This document shows positions 1-13,900 of a DNA stretch of 64,000 nucleotides, piece by piece. The stretch is from a virus. The number at the start of each line of letters is the position of its first letter. Position 1 is the first letter of the stretch. The DNA lies in the IMG/VR virus record IMGVR_UViG_3300025449_000010, positions 1 through 64,000 of that record. One strand, 5' to 3'. A program made the translations under genes and the position numbers. The notes beneath the pieces are model-generated. The model saw only the letters and a program-made list of their open reading frames with translations, made no database searches and was not told the origin of the DNA.

Positions 1-65
1 GCCCTGGACATATTCACCTGCAAGATTGTACAGATAACTGCCTCCATCTTCACCTACATTTCCTG

Positions 66-1286
66 ATGCTCACACTGCCACCAGATCAAGTCGTAGCCAA
101 CGCCTCCAACACCCCGCCCAGTCTGCCTGACATACTAAATGCCCAGACTGATGCCATGTCTGCTGCCCAATACAGCTACACACAGTCAGCCACTGTCTCA
201 CGTGTTGGAAGCACGCAGGTCATCAATCCAACTGACCCGGAGCTGCAGCTACAGTGGATTAAGTCTGTACAGGTGGTAGACCCCAGCGACTCCACCAGCA
301 TACTCTCACGTACCTTCCATGTCCTCCAGTTCGCCTACGACTACGCCATGTCCTGGAATCACAGTCCAGACCCAGCCTACCAGACTGACCTGCTCTACTG
401 TGTCACAGCTCACTTCAATGACAATGTCTACGCAGCAGGTGCACCTGACTTCATACGCTGGCAGCACCTGACACTCCCCTACAGCTACACCAAGCTCTAT
501 CAGAACAACAAGGTAGGCAGCACCAGCTTCATCGAGGCTCCCAAGTCCACAGGCACGGCTGACAGCACACCATCTGACACACCGCCTGGCAATCTGAGCT
601 CCACGCATGTAACTACCACCACCACCAGCTACATCTACGAGAGTCCAGCCTACATCGGCATCCTGATCTGCCGCGGTACCTATCCAGGTGCAATCATCAC
701 CTGCAACACAGATGCCCAGATATACCTGCTAGACAGTCCATCTGGCTATATCAACCCAGCCAGTACCGGAGCGGCGCCGCCCCCAGTGGGTACAATCACA
801 GCCTCCACTGGAGATAAGACCGTCATCACCAGTAGCCGTACCATCACCACTCCAGGTGCAACTGCCCTGTCTCCCACCACTATACAGCCCATCAGTCCAC
901 CTGCCGCGCCAGTGGTGGCTACCATAACTGCAACCCCCGTGGTTGCTGTAGTGACACCTGGAACCACAGGTACGCAGCCAACTGCCAGCGGTACTGCCGG
1001 ACCCATCCTCCTGACCAGCCCATATATCCTGATCTGGGCAGATGTCTGCCAGCTGGAGACAGCCCTGCAGGTCAGGGTGGACTGGTATGGTCAATTTCTC
1101 TTCACTGAGGTATCTGCCACAGGTGGTATTCCAGACAGGGAGATCATATCCTGGGGTGCCGCCACATCACTGACTGACAGACTGGTGCCACCCGGTAATG
1201 TACCTGTAGACACCGACTTCCCAGCAGCACCACATAGCACACCAGTCCAGTGGGGAGCCAATACTCCAGCAGCAGGAGTAGTCTGA
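66..1286 (+). CDS. Hypothetical protein, Thr/Ser/Pro-rich, probably virion structural
   Basis: 406-aa ORF whose ATG overlaps the TGA of an upstream frame (TGATG at 64-68); composition resembles the tail proteins elsewhere in the window; no family motif recognised. Confidence 0.7.
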   Translation: MLTLPPDQVVANASNTPPSLPDILNAQTDAMSAAQYSYTQSATVSRVGSTQVINPTDPELQLQWIKSVQVVDPSDSTSILSRTFHVLQFAYDYAMSWNHSPDPAYQTDLLYCVTAHFNDNVYAAGAPDFIRWQHLTLPYSYTKLYQNNKVGSTSFIEAPKSTGTADSTPSDTPPGNLSSTHVTTTTTSYIYESPAYIGILICRGTYPGAIITCNTDAQIYLLDSPSGYINPASTGAAPPPVGTITASTGDKTVITSSRTITTPGATALSPTTIQPISPPAAPVVATITATPVVAVVTPGTTGTQPTASGTAGPILLTSPYILIWADVCQLETALQVRVDWYGQFLFTEVSATGGIPDREIISWGAATSLTDRLVPPGNVPVDTDFPAAPHSTPVQWGANTPAAGVV

Positions 1287-1510
1287 TGCACCTATCTCTC
1301 CAGGAGGCAGACGATATACGGGGACTGAGACTAGCCCTGATAGCGCGCACCAGAGAAGGTGTTGACCTGGAATACTTAAGGCAAATACACCTGCTGAATG
1401 CAGCGCTGCAGAATATCCTGATCAACTCCCATTATCATGAAACACTACGCATCAATAGAGTCAGAGAGTCCAATAGAGATACCCCTGGAGGAATTCGCAG
1501 CGCTAAGTAG
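1286..1510 (+). CDS. Small hypothetical protein
   Basis: ATG at 1286 coupled to the previous stop (TGATG); overlaps the next ORF by 74 bp, so uncertain. Confidence 0.4.
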   Translation: MHLSLQEADDIRGLRLALIARTREGVDLEYLRQIHLLNAALQNILINSHYHETLRINRVRESNRDTPGGIRSAK

Positions 1511-1700
1511 TAGCTACATCGAGTGCCGCCCCAGCTTCTACACCGGCAACTACATAGGACTGGAGATAATCTCAGATGATGAGGCAGACACCTATGAGCT
1601 GATGGGAGCACTGGTTCAGCTACTGCTGCAGCAGGGTGTCAACTCCTTCTGTCTCAATTTCAATCCAGAACGCCCGCCTGCTGCCTGTAATCTAGTCTAG
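1437..1700 (+). CDS. Small acidic hypothetical protein
   Basis: 87-aa ORF with protein-like composition, convergent with 1697..1996. Confidence 0.5.
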   Translation: MKHYASIESESPIEIPLEEFAALSSSYIECRPSFYTGNYIGLEIISDDEADTYELMGALVQLLLQQGVNSFCLNFNPERPPAACNLV

Positions 1701-1996
1701 GCAGCCTTCAGTGCCTCATCGATCATCTGCAGGGGCACAGTATTGAGTATGAACTGAATCTCAGACACGCTGTAGGAGAAGAGACGGTATGACACCAGCT
1801 CATTCCCCCTGAACAGCAGCAGCTGTATGTCATATATGTCCTGACCATGCAGGCGTCCCTCGAATAGGATAGGGCTAGAGGCTGGTCTCTTCTCCGCAAA
1901 GACTATCTGACCATACGAGGTGACGCTGTATACAATTTCTAGTTCTTCCATAGTATTAATTCTAAGTTGAATACTGTAGTCCCGTATCGGGTGCAA
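1697..1996 (-). CDS. Small hypothetical protein (start may be ATG at 1951)
   Basis: Directly downstream of, and co-oriented with, the giant gene. Confidence 0.55.
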   Translation of the reverse strand: MHPIRDYSIQLRINTMEELEIVYSVTSYGQIVFAEKRPASSPILFEGRLHGQDIYDIQLLLFRGNELVSYRLFSYSVSEIQFILNTVPLQMIDEALKAA

Positions 1997-4900
1997 TCAA
2001 TCCCTGGGGTCCATCTGCATTATTATTCTCATTATAAATGGTTATATTCAGGTTCTCCATCTGCTGTTCTGAGTACATGGAGTTAAACTCACCATTACCA
2101 GTGGGTCCGCTCAGTATGCCAACTGCAATATCGCTGGCCTCTGAACGTATCAACTCAATATCCACATTAGCGACCTGCAGTGCTGATTGCTGGGCAGCTG
2201 CCTTAATCTCAGCGGCATCCTTATAGGCCTGAGTTACTACGTAGTTATTAAGTTCAGCGTCCTCAGTAATACCTGCCAGGGCATAGGCTGCCTTCTGAGC
2301 ACCACTGACCTGCAGTGCCACGCCCACTGCAATAGAGGTAATAATTCCAAACAGACTGCGAGCCTTAACATAGCCAGGCATATCTATCTCTGGACCTATA
2401 TTGAGGTGATTCATCATAACACCTGATAGACCTTCCTCCAGAAACTCACTGGCAGACTGAGTTACCCGACTGAACACATTATCCTCTCCCAGTCGTCTGT
2501 TTAACTTGGTAGTAAGCCTGGATAGATCCTCTGACATTCCCTGATGTCCCTGCATAGTGGCAGAAACTACAGCACCCCACATCATCATGCGAAACCTATC
2601 CTCATAGGCATGGATAAATGCCTGACCATAGCTCTCATCTGGATGATGATACATCTCATTGCGGATACTAATCATAGAGCCGCCCATTATAGCCATACCC
2701 ATAGAGCCCAGTGTCTTCAATGTAGTTCTGGTCTTACCGAGTTCAACTAACTGCGCTGCCCTATGTGATTCCAGTTGGAATACCATGTTAGAGAAGAAGG
2801 CACCGGCTGCCTCATTAATACCGTTATTACTATTCTGATTAGAGTTCGCCAGGGCGCCGCCCAGACCAACCAGCAGTGGATATATGAGGGAATCGTAGAT
2901 CTGTCCGGTACTCTCTATATGCATAGATGCCTGATGAATACTGACTATTTCGCCATTAAATCTCTTCTGATGCTCTATGCTTCGAACCCTATTGATATCG
3001 TATTCCTTACGTGCGAAGTACTCATTGTATAGGCGCTCCACATCTCTCTCAGATAAATCACCATTAAAATCAAATTCTCCTATAGTGGAATGTACAGCAA
3101 CATCTCGATTAGGATTTCTGGGATTTCTTCGTTTAATAGAGTCTATATAGACATCAAATACATTATTTATATGCTTAATGATGTTACCAAAAGCAGTAGT
3201 ATCTAATCCAGCCTTAATTGCTTCTGCATTACCTTCAGTCCTGAGAGCTTTATTACCTTCTGCAGTAAGTAAATCTATGAGATTTTCAAATGCCTTATAC
3301 TCACTCTTACCTGCTATTGACTTACTCATAGTACTGAGATAAGTCCTGAGCATCTGTTTCTTAACAGTTTCACTGTAGGCTTTAATATCTTCTTCGCTAT
3401 TATCTTCAGTTACATGTCCTGTAACAAGCTCCTTACTAGTACTTCCATCGTCATGCCTCACAGTACGTTCCCACTGTACATCTTTAATCATATTAAATAG
3501 GGACATAGATAGACTGCGATAAACTTCATTAGTACCGATACCTTCCTTACCATGGGCAGCTTTAGATATCCAGGCGCCTAGAAATGGAGCAGTATGGGCA
3601 TAGACTGGATCTGATAAATCTTTAGCAGCATATAGAGAAGAAGCCAGAGAAATTTCTGAATTATCTAATAGCTTTTCTCCTTCTCTGCCTATAAAGTTAT
3701 CAACATCTTTTCTTGATTTTCTATATATTTCAGTCAGTATAGTCAATCGATCTCTTTCCTTTCTAAGATATTCAGCATCGGCTTTTCTATTGTTTGTTTC
3801 AAGATCCTCTACATGTCTCTTAAATTCAGATTGACTGAGAATTATAGTTTCCAGGTTTTCTCTTCTCTTCTGGTTAGCTTCAGCATTGCTATTACCAGCA
3901 TCTTCGTCATCATACCAATGCTGTCTGAGATAATCCTGTAAATTACTGTTCTCAATGTTGTAAAGCTCGCTATTCCTACGCCGACTTTTTAAATCTAGTC
4001 TACCTTTTTCGACCTTATAAAATTTATGGAGTTCTTCATCCTTTTCTCGGGCAACCAAGTCTCCATGTTGATCATTAGATCTATCTTTTAAATGTGTTTC
4101 TGCCCTAGTATTGGCTATTAATGTATGTAATCTAGTACTAGCTACATATGCTAACATCTTATTAATGCTGGCATTACTGGTATCGCCAGGAGTCAGTGCA
4201 TTAATCAGAGCCTTACCGTTTTTTATATTTAAACCTCCCTCAGCATGACTACCTTCTAAAAATACCTTAAAGTTATTATCAATCTCATTTGTAGATGTAT
4301 CTATTACTTCTCCAGAAGTACCGCCATGTATTAACTCAGCAATGGTTCTAAATTGCTCTAAAATCATGAAGTTATCCTGCAGAGATTTACTGGGACCTAT
4401 CTTACCTGCCAACTCCTTTATTCTATTTTTTCTTTTTTCGTAGTTACGTTCTTCCTGAATAGATGATAATTCTTTAGATATCTCATCTATATTGCCAGTA
4501 GGTTTAATAAAATCGCGCAGGGACTGTGCAATAGTCTGATGCATACCCTGGATACTCTCGAAACGTCTATTCTCCTTATCTACAGTTCTTTTAAGATTAT
4601 CTACCTCAACTTGTGCTTCTCCTCTGGCAGTTTCCTCATTCATTAATGGTTTTTTAGCCATTATCTGTTCTTTCTTAATTTCTATAAGATCTTCATAGTT
4701 GTTATGAACTGCCTCACTCATAATACCGGTAGACATATGTCCGTATAGGGTTAAGCTAAAGAAATTAACAGCCTTACCGAGTATATTGGATGCCAGTTCT
4801 GCCTGAATCTGTAATGAACCCTCCAGGATATTAGTAGTTGTGGCGGCACCTACATTTAAATTATTAAATAACTTCTGAACACCCTCTAGTACTTCGCCCT

Positions 4901-7900
4901 TATTTTTAGAACTCCACAGATGCTGATAGAATTCAGAAAGTACTCCCGCAGCTGCTCTTCTCTCAGCCTCCTGATGCCCTACCTGGGGTTCTAGCTGATT
5001 ATAGAATCTCTGTGCAAGTAACTGCATATGAGATAGTTCCTGAGTTACATCTGCTGAACCTTCTAAGTGAATTAGATTTCTAAATTTTTCTCTTTTTTCC
5101 TGATCTAACATCTGCCTATTATAGAGAATGTCATATATGGAGTTATAACTTTCCTCTACATTAAACTTAGCCCATGCATTTCTAGACTCACTCAATGTAT
5201 AACCCTTGTCATGCATACTAAGCATAGAGGCTAAAGAAGGTCCAATAAATCTACTATCCATTTGACCTCTTTTAATGCCTTCTTCTATTAACTCTTCTTC
5301 TATTTTTTTACTAGTTATATTCCAGAGAATCCTATACTTCTTATTAGATATTTCATCTGCCCTATCTCCTACCTTAATACCTGTTAACTCCTGTTCAACT
5401 CTCCTATTAACTTCATTCATAAATGCTGTGTAACTATTATCCTGAGAAGAAGCAACAGTGCCAGTATAGCCAGCAAATACAAAGTCTCTACCATTTATTC
5501 CAGCCGTTACTCCAGCTGCTGCTTCGTTCCTTATCTCTAGTTCTGTCTTACCTATAACTGCTGTTTTATTTGTAGATAATTTCCTATACTCAGCTATATA
5601 TTGATTGCGTAATTTTTGATAGTGATAACTATCGTAGCCAGTTCCTATAGATTCATAATCTAAACCAACTAGGTCTGCAATAAATTGTCTGGTCTTCTTG
5701 AGGTGATAATTAGTGCTATATTGCTTCTGTAGATTTGCAATCTGAGATGATAATACTATCTTTTCCTTCTCAAGTTTTGCAACAGTCATATCAATATTTT
5801 TTCCATTCTGAGTGGTTCTACCCTGTTTTCTGAGTTCATTTAGAGAATCGATGGCTATATTGAGTTGAGATAAATTAGTCTGTAGATTAACTATGTTGGA
5901 TTCAATCATAATAACCATGTCACCATCATAGTCACCTAAGTTCTGAATCATACGTCCAACAGTATTGACCATCAATAGACCCTTAGATCTATCTTCATTC
6001 ATCTTCATGAACTGTCTTTTAATTTCTGGACTGACATTAATACCCCTAGTAGCTAGATTAATAGCCGCCTTATTGTAGGTATGTATATCTATTATTTGAT
6101 GATGAAGATAGCTAATATTGAGACCACCTAAAGGCTGTGGACGGTATATCAGAGAACTCAGTGAATTAATTCGAGCCCTACTCTCCAGGTTGCCTAATCT
6201 AATTTCCCATTCAGCTAAATCATCAGGGTCATCAGTTATATTATTTAACTGTGTTCTTGTTATCGTTCCCTGGTTCAGTAAATTATACATATGGCTATTA
6301 ATATTTATTTTTGAAGAATTCCTAGATTTAATATCATTTTTTAATGTAGTTAATTCGCCAATAATATTTCTAAGCTCATCCCTGGGTCCATTACCATAGA
6401 CACCATTAGCGCCACTCATCATAATATTACTGGAAGCTCCAGCTTCAACATCTCTCAGTATTTCATTAAAACTATTGAGATAGGTATCTATACCCCGCAC
6501 CAATGCCTGACTAGAACTACCATATTCAGCCAATTCAGTGCGTCTACCCCCACTGACTTCTATTTTTTTACGTTTCTGCAGCTCTAAGGAACTCTGTCCT
6601 GTAACTGCGATACCTTCTGCTAACCAGGGATTAGAGGTCACCACTCTGGTCTGCCTTTCTAAGTTAAGAGTTATTCTGTTACTTGCAGCAATTTGTCCCT
6701 GTTCCTGTAGAGAATTTATACTACCACGGAGCAGGTCTTGAAATCTCTGTAGTCTCTCTATCATTCGTTTATCTATGGAAATATCAGTAATAATTCCAGT
6801 TTCACCGTTCCTCTTTCTCTCAGCCAGACTGCGATAAAAAGTCATAACATCGCTGTCTGGAGACAACATAGTATGTAACTCTATCTGATTAGAGATCATT
6901 TCAGCGGTAGTATCTCCCAACTTATGCATACCCAGTGATACCAGCGTATCAGATCCCAGTAATACCCCTCTGACTGTCTGATTGTAATCAACAGCGATAT
7001 ATCCAGTGCCGCCCGTACCTCTACTTGTTTCTAGAATAGCTGGTAATTCCAGTAACATATCTCTGGTATTACCGCTATTCTTAAGCCCCTGTTCTATAAA
7101 TTTTTCAGCATGATCAATAATATATAGACCCGATTTGATTCCGCGATCTTCAGTTTCCCTGAACATACTGCGCAGAGCAGTTTTATGATAGGTTTTCAGT
7201 ATCTTATATATAGCTTCTCGACTATAACCAGTGCTATGGGGACCCTGAGCATTCACAGGATTAACAGCACTGATAGTCTCTAGAAATTCTCTCAGAGTAA
7301 TATCTTCCCTAATAAACCTACCATCAGGACCAATTCTATTGGTCTGTCTTCCCACTTTAAGACTAATATCCAGGAAATTATTGCTATTGTTATTAGCGAA
7401 AGTCTCTAGCTGATTATACAGATTGATAAATTTATTATCAGCCATCATATCTCTGGCTTTATCGTTTACCGAAGCTCTACTATTATCCATATCAAAAAAG
7501 GCCATGGCTCTTCCCAGGAGCTGCATACCTGTCTTGGCTTCTTTAAATAACTCATCAGCTCTAGTCTGCTGTTGTTCTACCGTTGGTCTATCACTTGGAT
7601 TACGTCCATTTCTATTCCACTGATCTGATAGTTCATTATCGGCAGCATTAAGAGCATGCAGATAATAGCTACCTATCAATCTACTGCCATTATTGTATAG
7701 GTAAGTATCAATACCTGTAACTGCACTTCCAGCCACAGTACTATCTACTAAACCTACTACATCAAACAGGGTTCCCACATTCTCTTCAAATATCTGACCC
7801 CTGCCACTAAATGAATTCTTCAGTGCTGCAAAAAAGCGATTAGCAGCCTGTTTTCTATTATGAGCCTGTTTAATAAATTCACTGGCTCCAAGTAGGGACT

Positions 7901-10900
7901 TCTGCTGTATCTGAAATTCTATTTCTCCACTACTTCTACTACCTACAGCTACCTTAGATGCAGATGGAGAATGTCCCAGAAAAAGAGCAACTGTTCGCAT
8001 AGACATATCTAGTCCATAGAACATACTGGCTAGGTTATTTTTCCTAGTAGTATCTGTATCATTAACTATTTCATATATCTGAGATGAGGTTAATCCCAGA
8101 GATACTGCTGCCATTTCAAATGCATAATTTTCATAGTTAACAGGCATATTGTCAAACTGCTGTTGACTGCTAACTAACTGCATACCAACATGTAATCCGG
8201 CTACAAAAGATTCAGCAAACATATCTTGCATGCTGCCCGTACTCAGTGCCCTATCGTTTTCACCTGTTTTAGCGCTGCTAATTATTATCTTATTTAAAGT
8301 TTCGATAAATTTAGTCTGAGCGCCATTATCTCCTGCTAATACGGCTGCTAAATCTATACCTCCTCTGGCTTGATTGAATACTTCAAATAGGGGATTAGAA
8401 GTAATATTCAGCCTATTTAACTTATTAATACCGCCTCGAAGAAAGGATTCACTGTCTTGTCGGGATGCCACTCTAATATTTCTCAATATCTCTGGAGCAT
8501 CATCTATTTCCCCATTAATATCTGTAATATTCTCACCGTACCTATGCAATGCTTCAGATATTTTTTTCGCATATTCCTCAGATCTATCCTTATCGTTATC
8601 TTCGCCATAGCCAGTGAATGATTCTATACCAAAAGTCAACAGCATTGCGGCTGCAACTCTCTTAGCACCCAATGCCGATATACCTTCAGTAAGTTCAGCT
8701 ACGCCTTCTTCATGTCTAAGTAACTGGGCTCCATGTCCAGGCATATAGGCTTTAAAAGAAGTTATGTTAGCTATGCCATGTATTTGATGAGCCTGTATTC
8801 CTCTACTACCCTCTACTGCGCTTCTTAGAATACCAAAGCCATCTCTACTCTTACCTAGCCTGCCTTCTCTCTGACTTCTATTGTATTCTGAAGCCCTATA
8901 TTCAAATCCTTCTACATCAAACATCTGCACAACAGATTTAAATAGTCCAAAGTTGGCTTCCTGACGATCTCCAGATACCAGCAACGAAGATCTAATAGAA
9001 ACATTACGAACTACAGTTGCAGAATTAGAACTATCTCCAGATGTTCCTAGTCCTGTTTTGATTTCTATAGAATTGTTGTGATAGGATATACTGACCCTAG
9101 CTCCCAGCGTAGCTTCAGTAATACTACTAGATCCAGAGACAGCCTTATCCTTAATACCTTCGAGTAGTTTAATTAATTTATCACTACCGATACTAGAGCT
9201 ATTTCTATTTTGATCTGTAGATGCAGCCACGGCACTGGCAGCATTGTCAACAATACCTCTAACCTGCTGTGCACTGAGGGTATTTACTATATTACTTCCC
9301 TTCCTGACTAGGTATGCTTCACCTGTATGTGGATCTATAGAGACAATATCGCCAATTCCCAGGTTCAAGTTAGCCATACTAAAGTCATTCATCAGACCGT
9401 AGCTCTTAACCTTCCTATTCTGAATATTGATATTTCCATATCTAGTGGGTACTACTTCTTCCCCGCTATCTGTATTAATTTTCCTGCCAAATCCGGCATT
9501 AGCATAGTAAGTGGCATCATGCAGGTACCCGCCAAGCCTGAGTAACATAATAGGTTGATCTTCCCATCTGTAACCATCCCTATCAGTTATTATCGGAGCA
9601 CCAGTCATAGATGTACCGTCAAGCTGATCTCTAGTTACCGCCCATGCTCTGAGTAAATGCTTCTTCTGTTTATCATCAAATAAATCTCTATATTCATCTC
9701 CATTCAGTTTTGCCTTCATATTTTCATAAATTTTCAACTGAGAAGGAGCCATAAGGGAACGAATATCAGAATCAAACTGATAACCCATTGTCATCATATG
9801 TGGAAAGTAACCACCAAATAACAGAGCAGCTGTAGCTTCTCTTTCACTCGTTCGCCCATCATCGCCAAATAATTCAGTTCTAAAGTTTTTTCTAATATTT
9901 TCTATATAGTTATCAGCCCTGCTTCTATCTTTGGCATCAAAGCTATTAAGTAGGTTTATATAATGAGTATATTCCGCACTGAGTGCAACTTTAGATTTAG
10001 TGCCCATAGCATTACGTATCCTCTGAGCAAACTGAAACTGCTTATCTTTCTTACCAGTGCGAGTTATTAATAATCTATCTTTATTAACTAATGCTGTCTG
10101 ATTACTTGCTACGACCGAATTATAACTATTAATGGCTAAATTTTTCTGACTCTCTAAAAATTCATTTCCTAAATTAGCTACACCAGCGATGTCACTGTAA
10201 TAGTCACTCTCAGTAAATTGAGAGACATCATTACTATCCCTATCTCCATCTATTATGTATCCAATACCAATTGCCTCCAATGCTTCCCAATTGTTCAGTA
10301 GGGATAACTCCTGCATACGAGATCCAGTAGCAGTGGAATAGTATTCCATAGTAGTGTTAGTAATAGCAGAAGCCAGAGCATAAAATCCGGTGCCGCCATA
10401 CTTTGTAGGATCAAATATCATCGGACTCAAGACAGAGGACATACTGTATAGATTGGAAATCCCTACTTCAGCTGAGCCTCTACTTCTCTCTAAAAAGGAT
10501 TTATTAGCATCGTTATATTCGCTACGAGAAATAGTATAGTGAGCCTGAGAATTAGTTCCTAATCCTAATTCAGCAAATGGAATTGTATTAATTGAAACAT
10601 GCTGATTAATCATTTCATTAACATCAACTCTATCGGATAGACCATGAGCCATCAGAGCAAATACATCAGATAGAACATGCCCCTTAGCTCTCTCTTCATT
10701 GGTATTTAATCCTAAAATTTTGCCCAGGGTATTACTGAAAGTGTCTAGATTAACAGAACCCCCAACAGTCTTAGGATTAAACTGATCTATTGTCAGATTA
10801 AATAGTTCTATAATACTATCAAGAGACTCTCTTCTGGTGCTTCCATAGTTAGCATTAAGTCCTCTGGTCAGTTCTACTGTATTTTTGACAACATCATAGA

Positions 10901-13900
10901 GATCTGTCATATGAGGATTCCTAGAAGCTCTTAATCTCTCTCTAACTGATATGACATTTGTCCTTGCTTCTTCAAAAGTTTTGTAATAACCCTTCTCAAC
11001 CCATTTTCTAGCATATTCATCTACATATCTATCCTCATTTACTCTACTAGGTAAGGCACTATTATCCAGAGCCTGAGTCATTTTACCGCCATACTCGGTT
11101 AACAGTATAAGAGTATTTCTAGCCTCGAGTAGAAATTTTTTAACATCCTGGTTTTTAATTTCTACTGCATCTTGAGCTTTTTTACTGGGATCTATAAAAT
11201 CTGCAATCATATCCAGTGCAGCATCATGATCTTTAAAATTCTTATGAACCCAAAATACTCCAGGATTCCTACTATCTATATTTGTATCTACTATTTCTTC
11301 TCTGTTTTTAATAAGATGCATTTCAGATCCAGTCTTCGATGACTTAACCTGAACACCATAGGTTTTACCTTGATAATCATAAATTACATCTATCTTGCTG
11401 TTGACATCGCCTTTCGTATTTTCATCTAATTTTCTTACATTACTAATAACCTTACTAAATCTAGGATCCTGAAGATATTCTACAAACCTATTGACAGCAT
11501 TATCGCCTCCACTGGAATTGTAATTTGTACCAGCATCTTCAGAGAGATAACTTTTATGACTAGTTACCTCAACTGGCTTACCATATGCTCCAGCTAACCC
11601 ATTATCGAGAACTTTACCTTTGATAGGGGTGTCATCAGCTCCAATTAGATTTTTATGGAATCCAAGAGTAGCCTCTAATCTATTTTCTAATTTTCCTCTC
11701 TCAATAGGACTAGAAGAACCCATACCCAGATTAGAAAGAAAATTAACTGTCAAGTCTCTGATAAACCTACTTCTCTCAGAGATGTCATCCATACTATTGA
11801 CATTATTAATGTACTGAGCAGGACTAGCTATTGATTTCCTATAGTTGTATTCCAACACATTACCTAAAATAGCCATAACACCGGTCTGAGCACTGTTGAG
11901 ATACAGTTCATTACCCATACCTGATTTAACAGCACCGAAAGGTGTAGCAAAATTACCAGCATCCTTACTAGCTATTACGCTACCTCTATAGACTCTACTC
12001 TCGTTAGTTAATACTATGGTGCCTTCTAGATTAGTATTTTCAGTGGCATTAGATCTTGCCTCAGTTGAAGAATTTAAAATTGTGTAACTTAAATTCTTAT
12101 TGCCTATTTTGACACTAAAGCTATCTGTACCACCAGACTCCAGAGAACTATTAAGACTAAGCTCTACTCCACCTAAATTATTAAAAGTGTAACTTGTCCT
12201 ATCCTTATTCACCTTCATGTTGTAAGGATTTACAGCAGGACTATACCCCTCTGAACCATATTTTCCATATTCATGAAATGCTTTTTCATATTCTGCCAGT
12301 CTATCCTCCATAGTGGCTCTATGTCCTAATGCCTCAGATACCCTATTGAAGAGTTCTATATCTGTAACACTGCTTCTCTTTAACTGTTCAATTAATATAT
12401 TAAAAGCAGTTTTAACACTCTCGGTATTTCTAATTTGCTTCAATATATCGCCCTTCATATTCTGAGGCTGATCTATTGCTCCCATGAAACTGCGTGGAAC
12501 ACTTTCTTCCTGAAAAAACCTATCTCTCTGCTCCTGTCCCCAGCCCAGAGCTTCACTGAAACCTCTACTTACGAGATTATGTAGGGACTGACTATGTACC
12601 TTAGCAACTTCAGGTAACATATCTCGGTTGCCTAAGACATTGTAGCCAGCATTTGCTGGATTAAATCTAGAAGCATAGTCTGGATTAAGTGAAACCTCAT
12701 TGAGCTCTAAAGATAGTTTCTGTTTATACTCCATGTAGGCTTCATGGCTATTAAAATCAGATTCAGTCAATAACTCCATAGAAAAGGGAGTAAAGTTGCT
12801 TGAACCTATATTACTGGCAATAGTAACTATGTTATTGTTATTATCATATTCATACAGGGAATATGCCTTGGCATGTTGTCTGGGAACTGAGGCTTCCTGC
12901 ACATTTCCACTAGATATAGCCAGCAGAGTTCTTAGGGTATCTCTAACATGTTGTGTAGAATTTAAACCCGTTTCTTCGTATTTGGCTATAGAACCCTGAC
13001 CAAATATATGTTCATACACTTCAAATCCAGCTCGATGAGAGACACCTCCCTCCATAATGCTAGTTAATATATCTTCAGCATATGTACTTGTAGAAGCGTA
13101 TTTCTGTTTAATCATACGCATGTAACCCAGCAAGTTGCCGTTATATTCCTGATTAACCTTACTATCAGGAGCAGAATTCATCTTACTTATAAGGGGATTG
13201 AGTACCTGTTCAGCAAAATTTCGGATATCTACTGCAACAGTTAATCTTCCCTCAATTAAACTGTTAAGAGTTTTTTCCTGTAACCTGGCGTATCTCTGAG
13301 CCAGGTCATTATCTTTCAGGTATCTCTGCATATTCTGATCGTATAGACCAAATTCACTGGTAAAGGCGCCGCCTTCTCTATCTCTAAGTAGACTAGTGCC
13401 CTGTAATAGTAAAGTCTGGTCTAACATCATAATCATGCGGGCAGACTCATTTACACTTTTTTTAAATTTATTATTAGCAGAATCTACTCCATAGGTATAG
13501 TCAGATAGATAGCTCAAAGCACTATCTAAATGTTCATAGACTCCTCGCATATCGGTTGTTTCTTTACCGCTATCAATATCTTTATCAGCAGCAGTGCGTA
13601 GATTATTAAAATTGTCTCTAACCTCATCGCGATCAGCTGAGTAACCAGTAAAATCGCTCTTAGCAATCTTACGTCTCTGCGTATAGAGAATATTCTCCAT
13701 TTCCATAGCACTTCTCTTAGTTTCTGCTAACTTAGATAGTCCAGGATCTCCGTTATACTCATCTTCAATATCTTCAATAGTTTTATTTATTTCATGTTCA
13801 GTACGAAACCTGGCAATAGATACTAGCTCAAAGTTACTGCCAGATAATTCAAAATCCCTACCTACTGGCTCAGTTAGGTTCATTGACCCCAGTATAGATA

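Noticed and set aside
2038-13711. Numerous short ORFs antisense to or nested in the giant gene, and similar ones across the window (e.g. 19209..19937)
   Set aside because: Shadow ORFs fully overlapping well-supported genes, with no motifs
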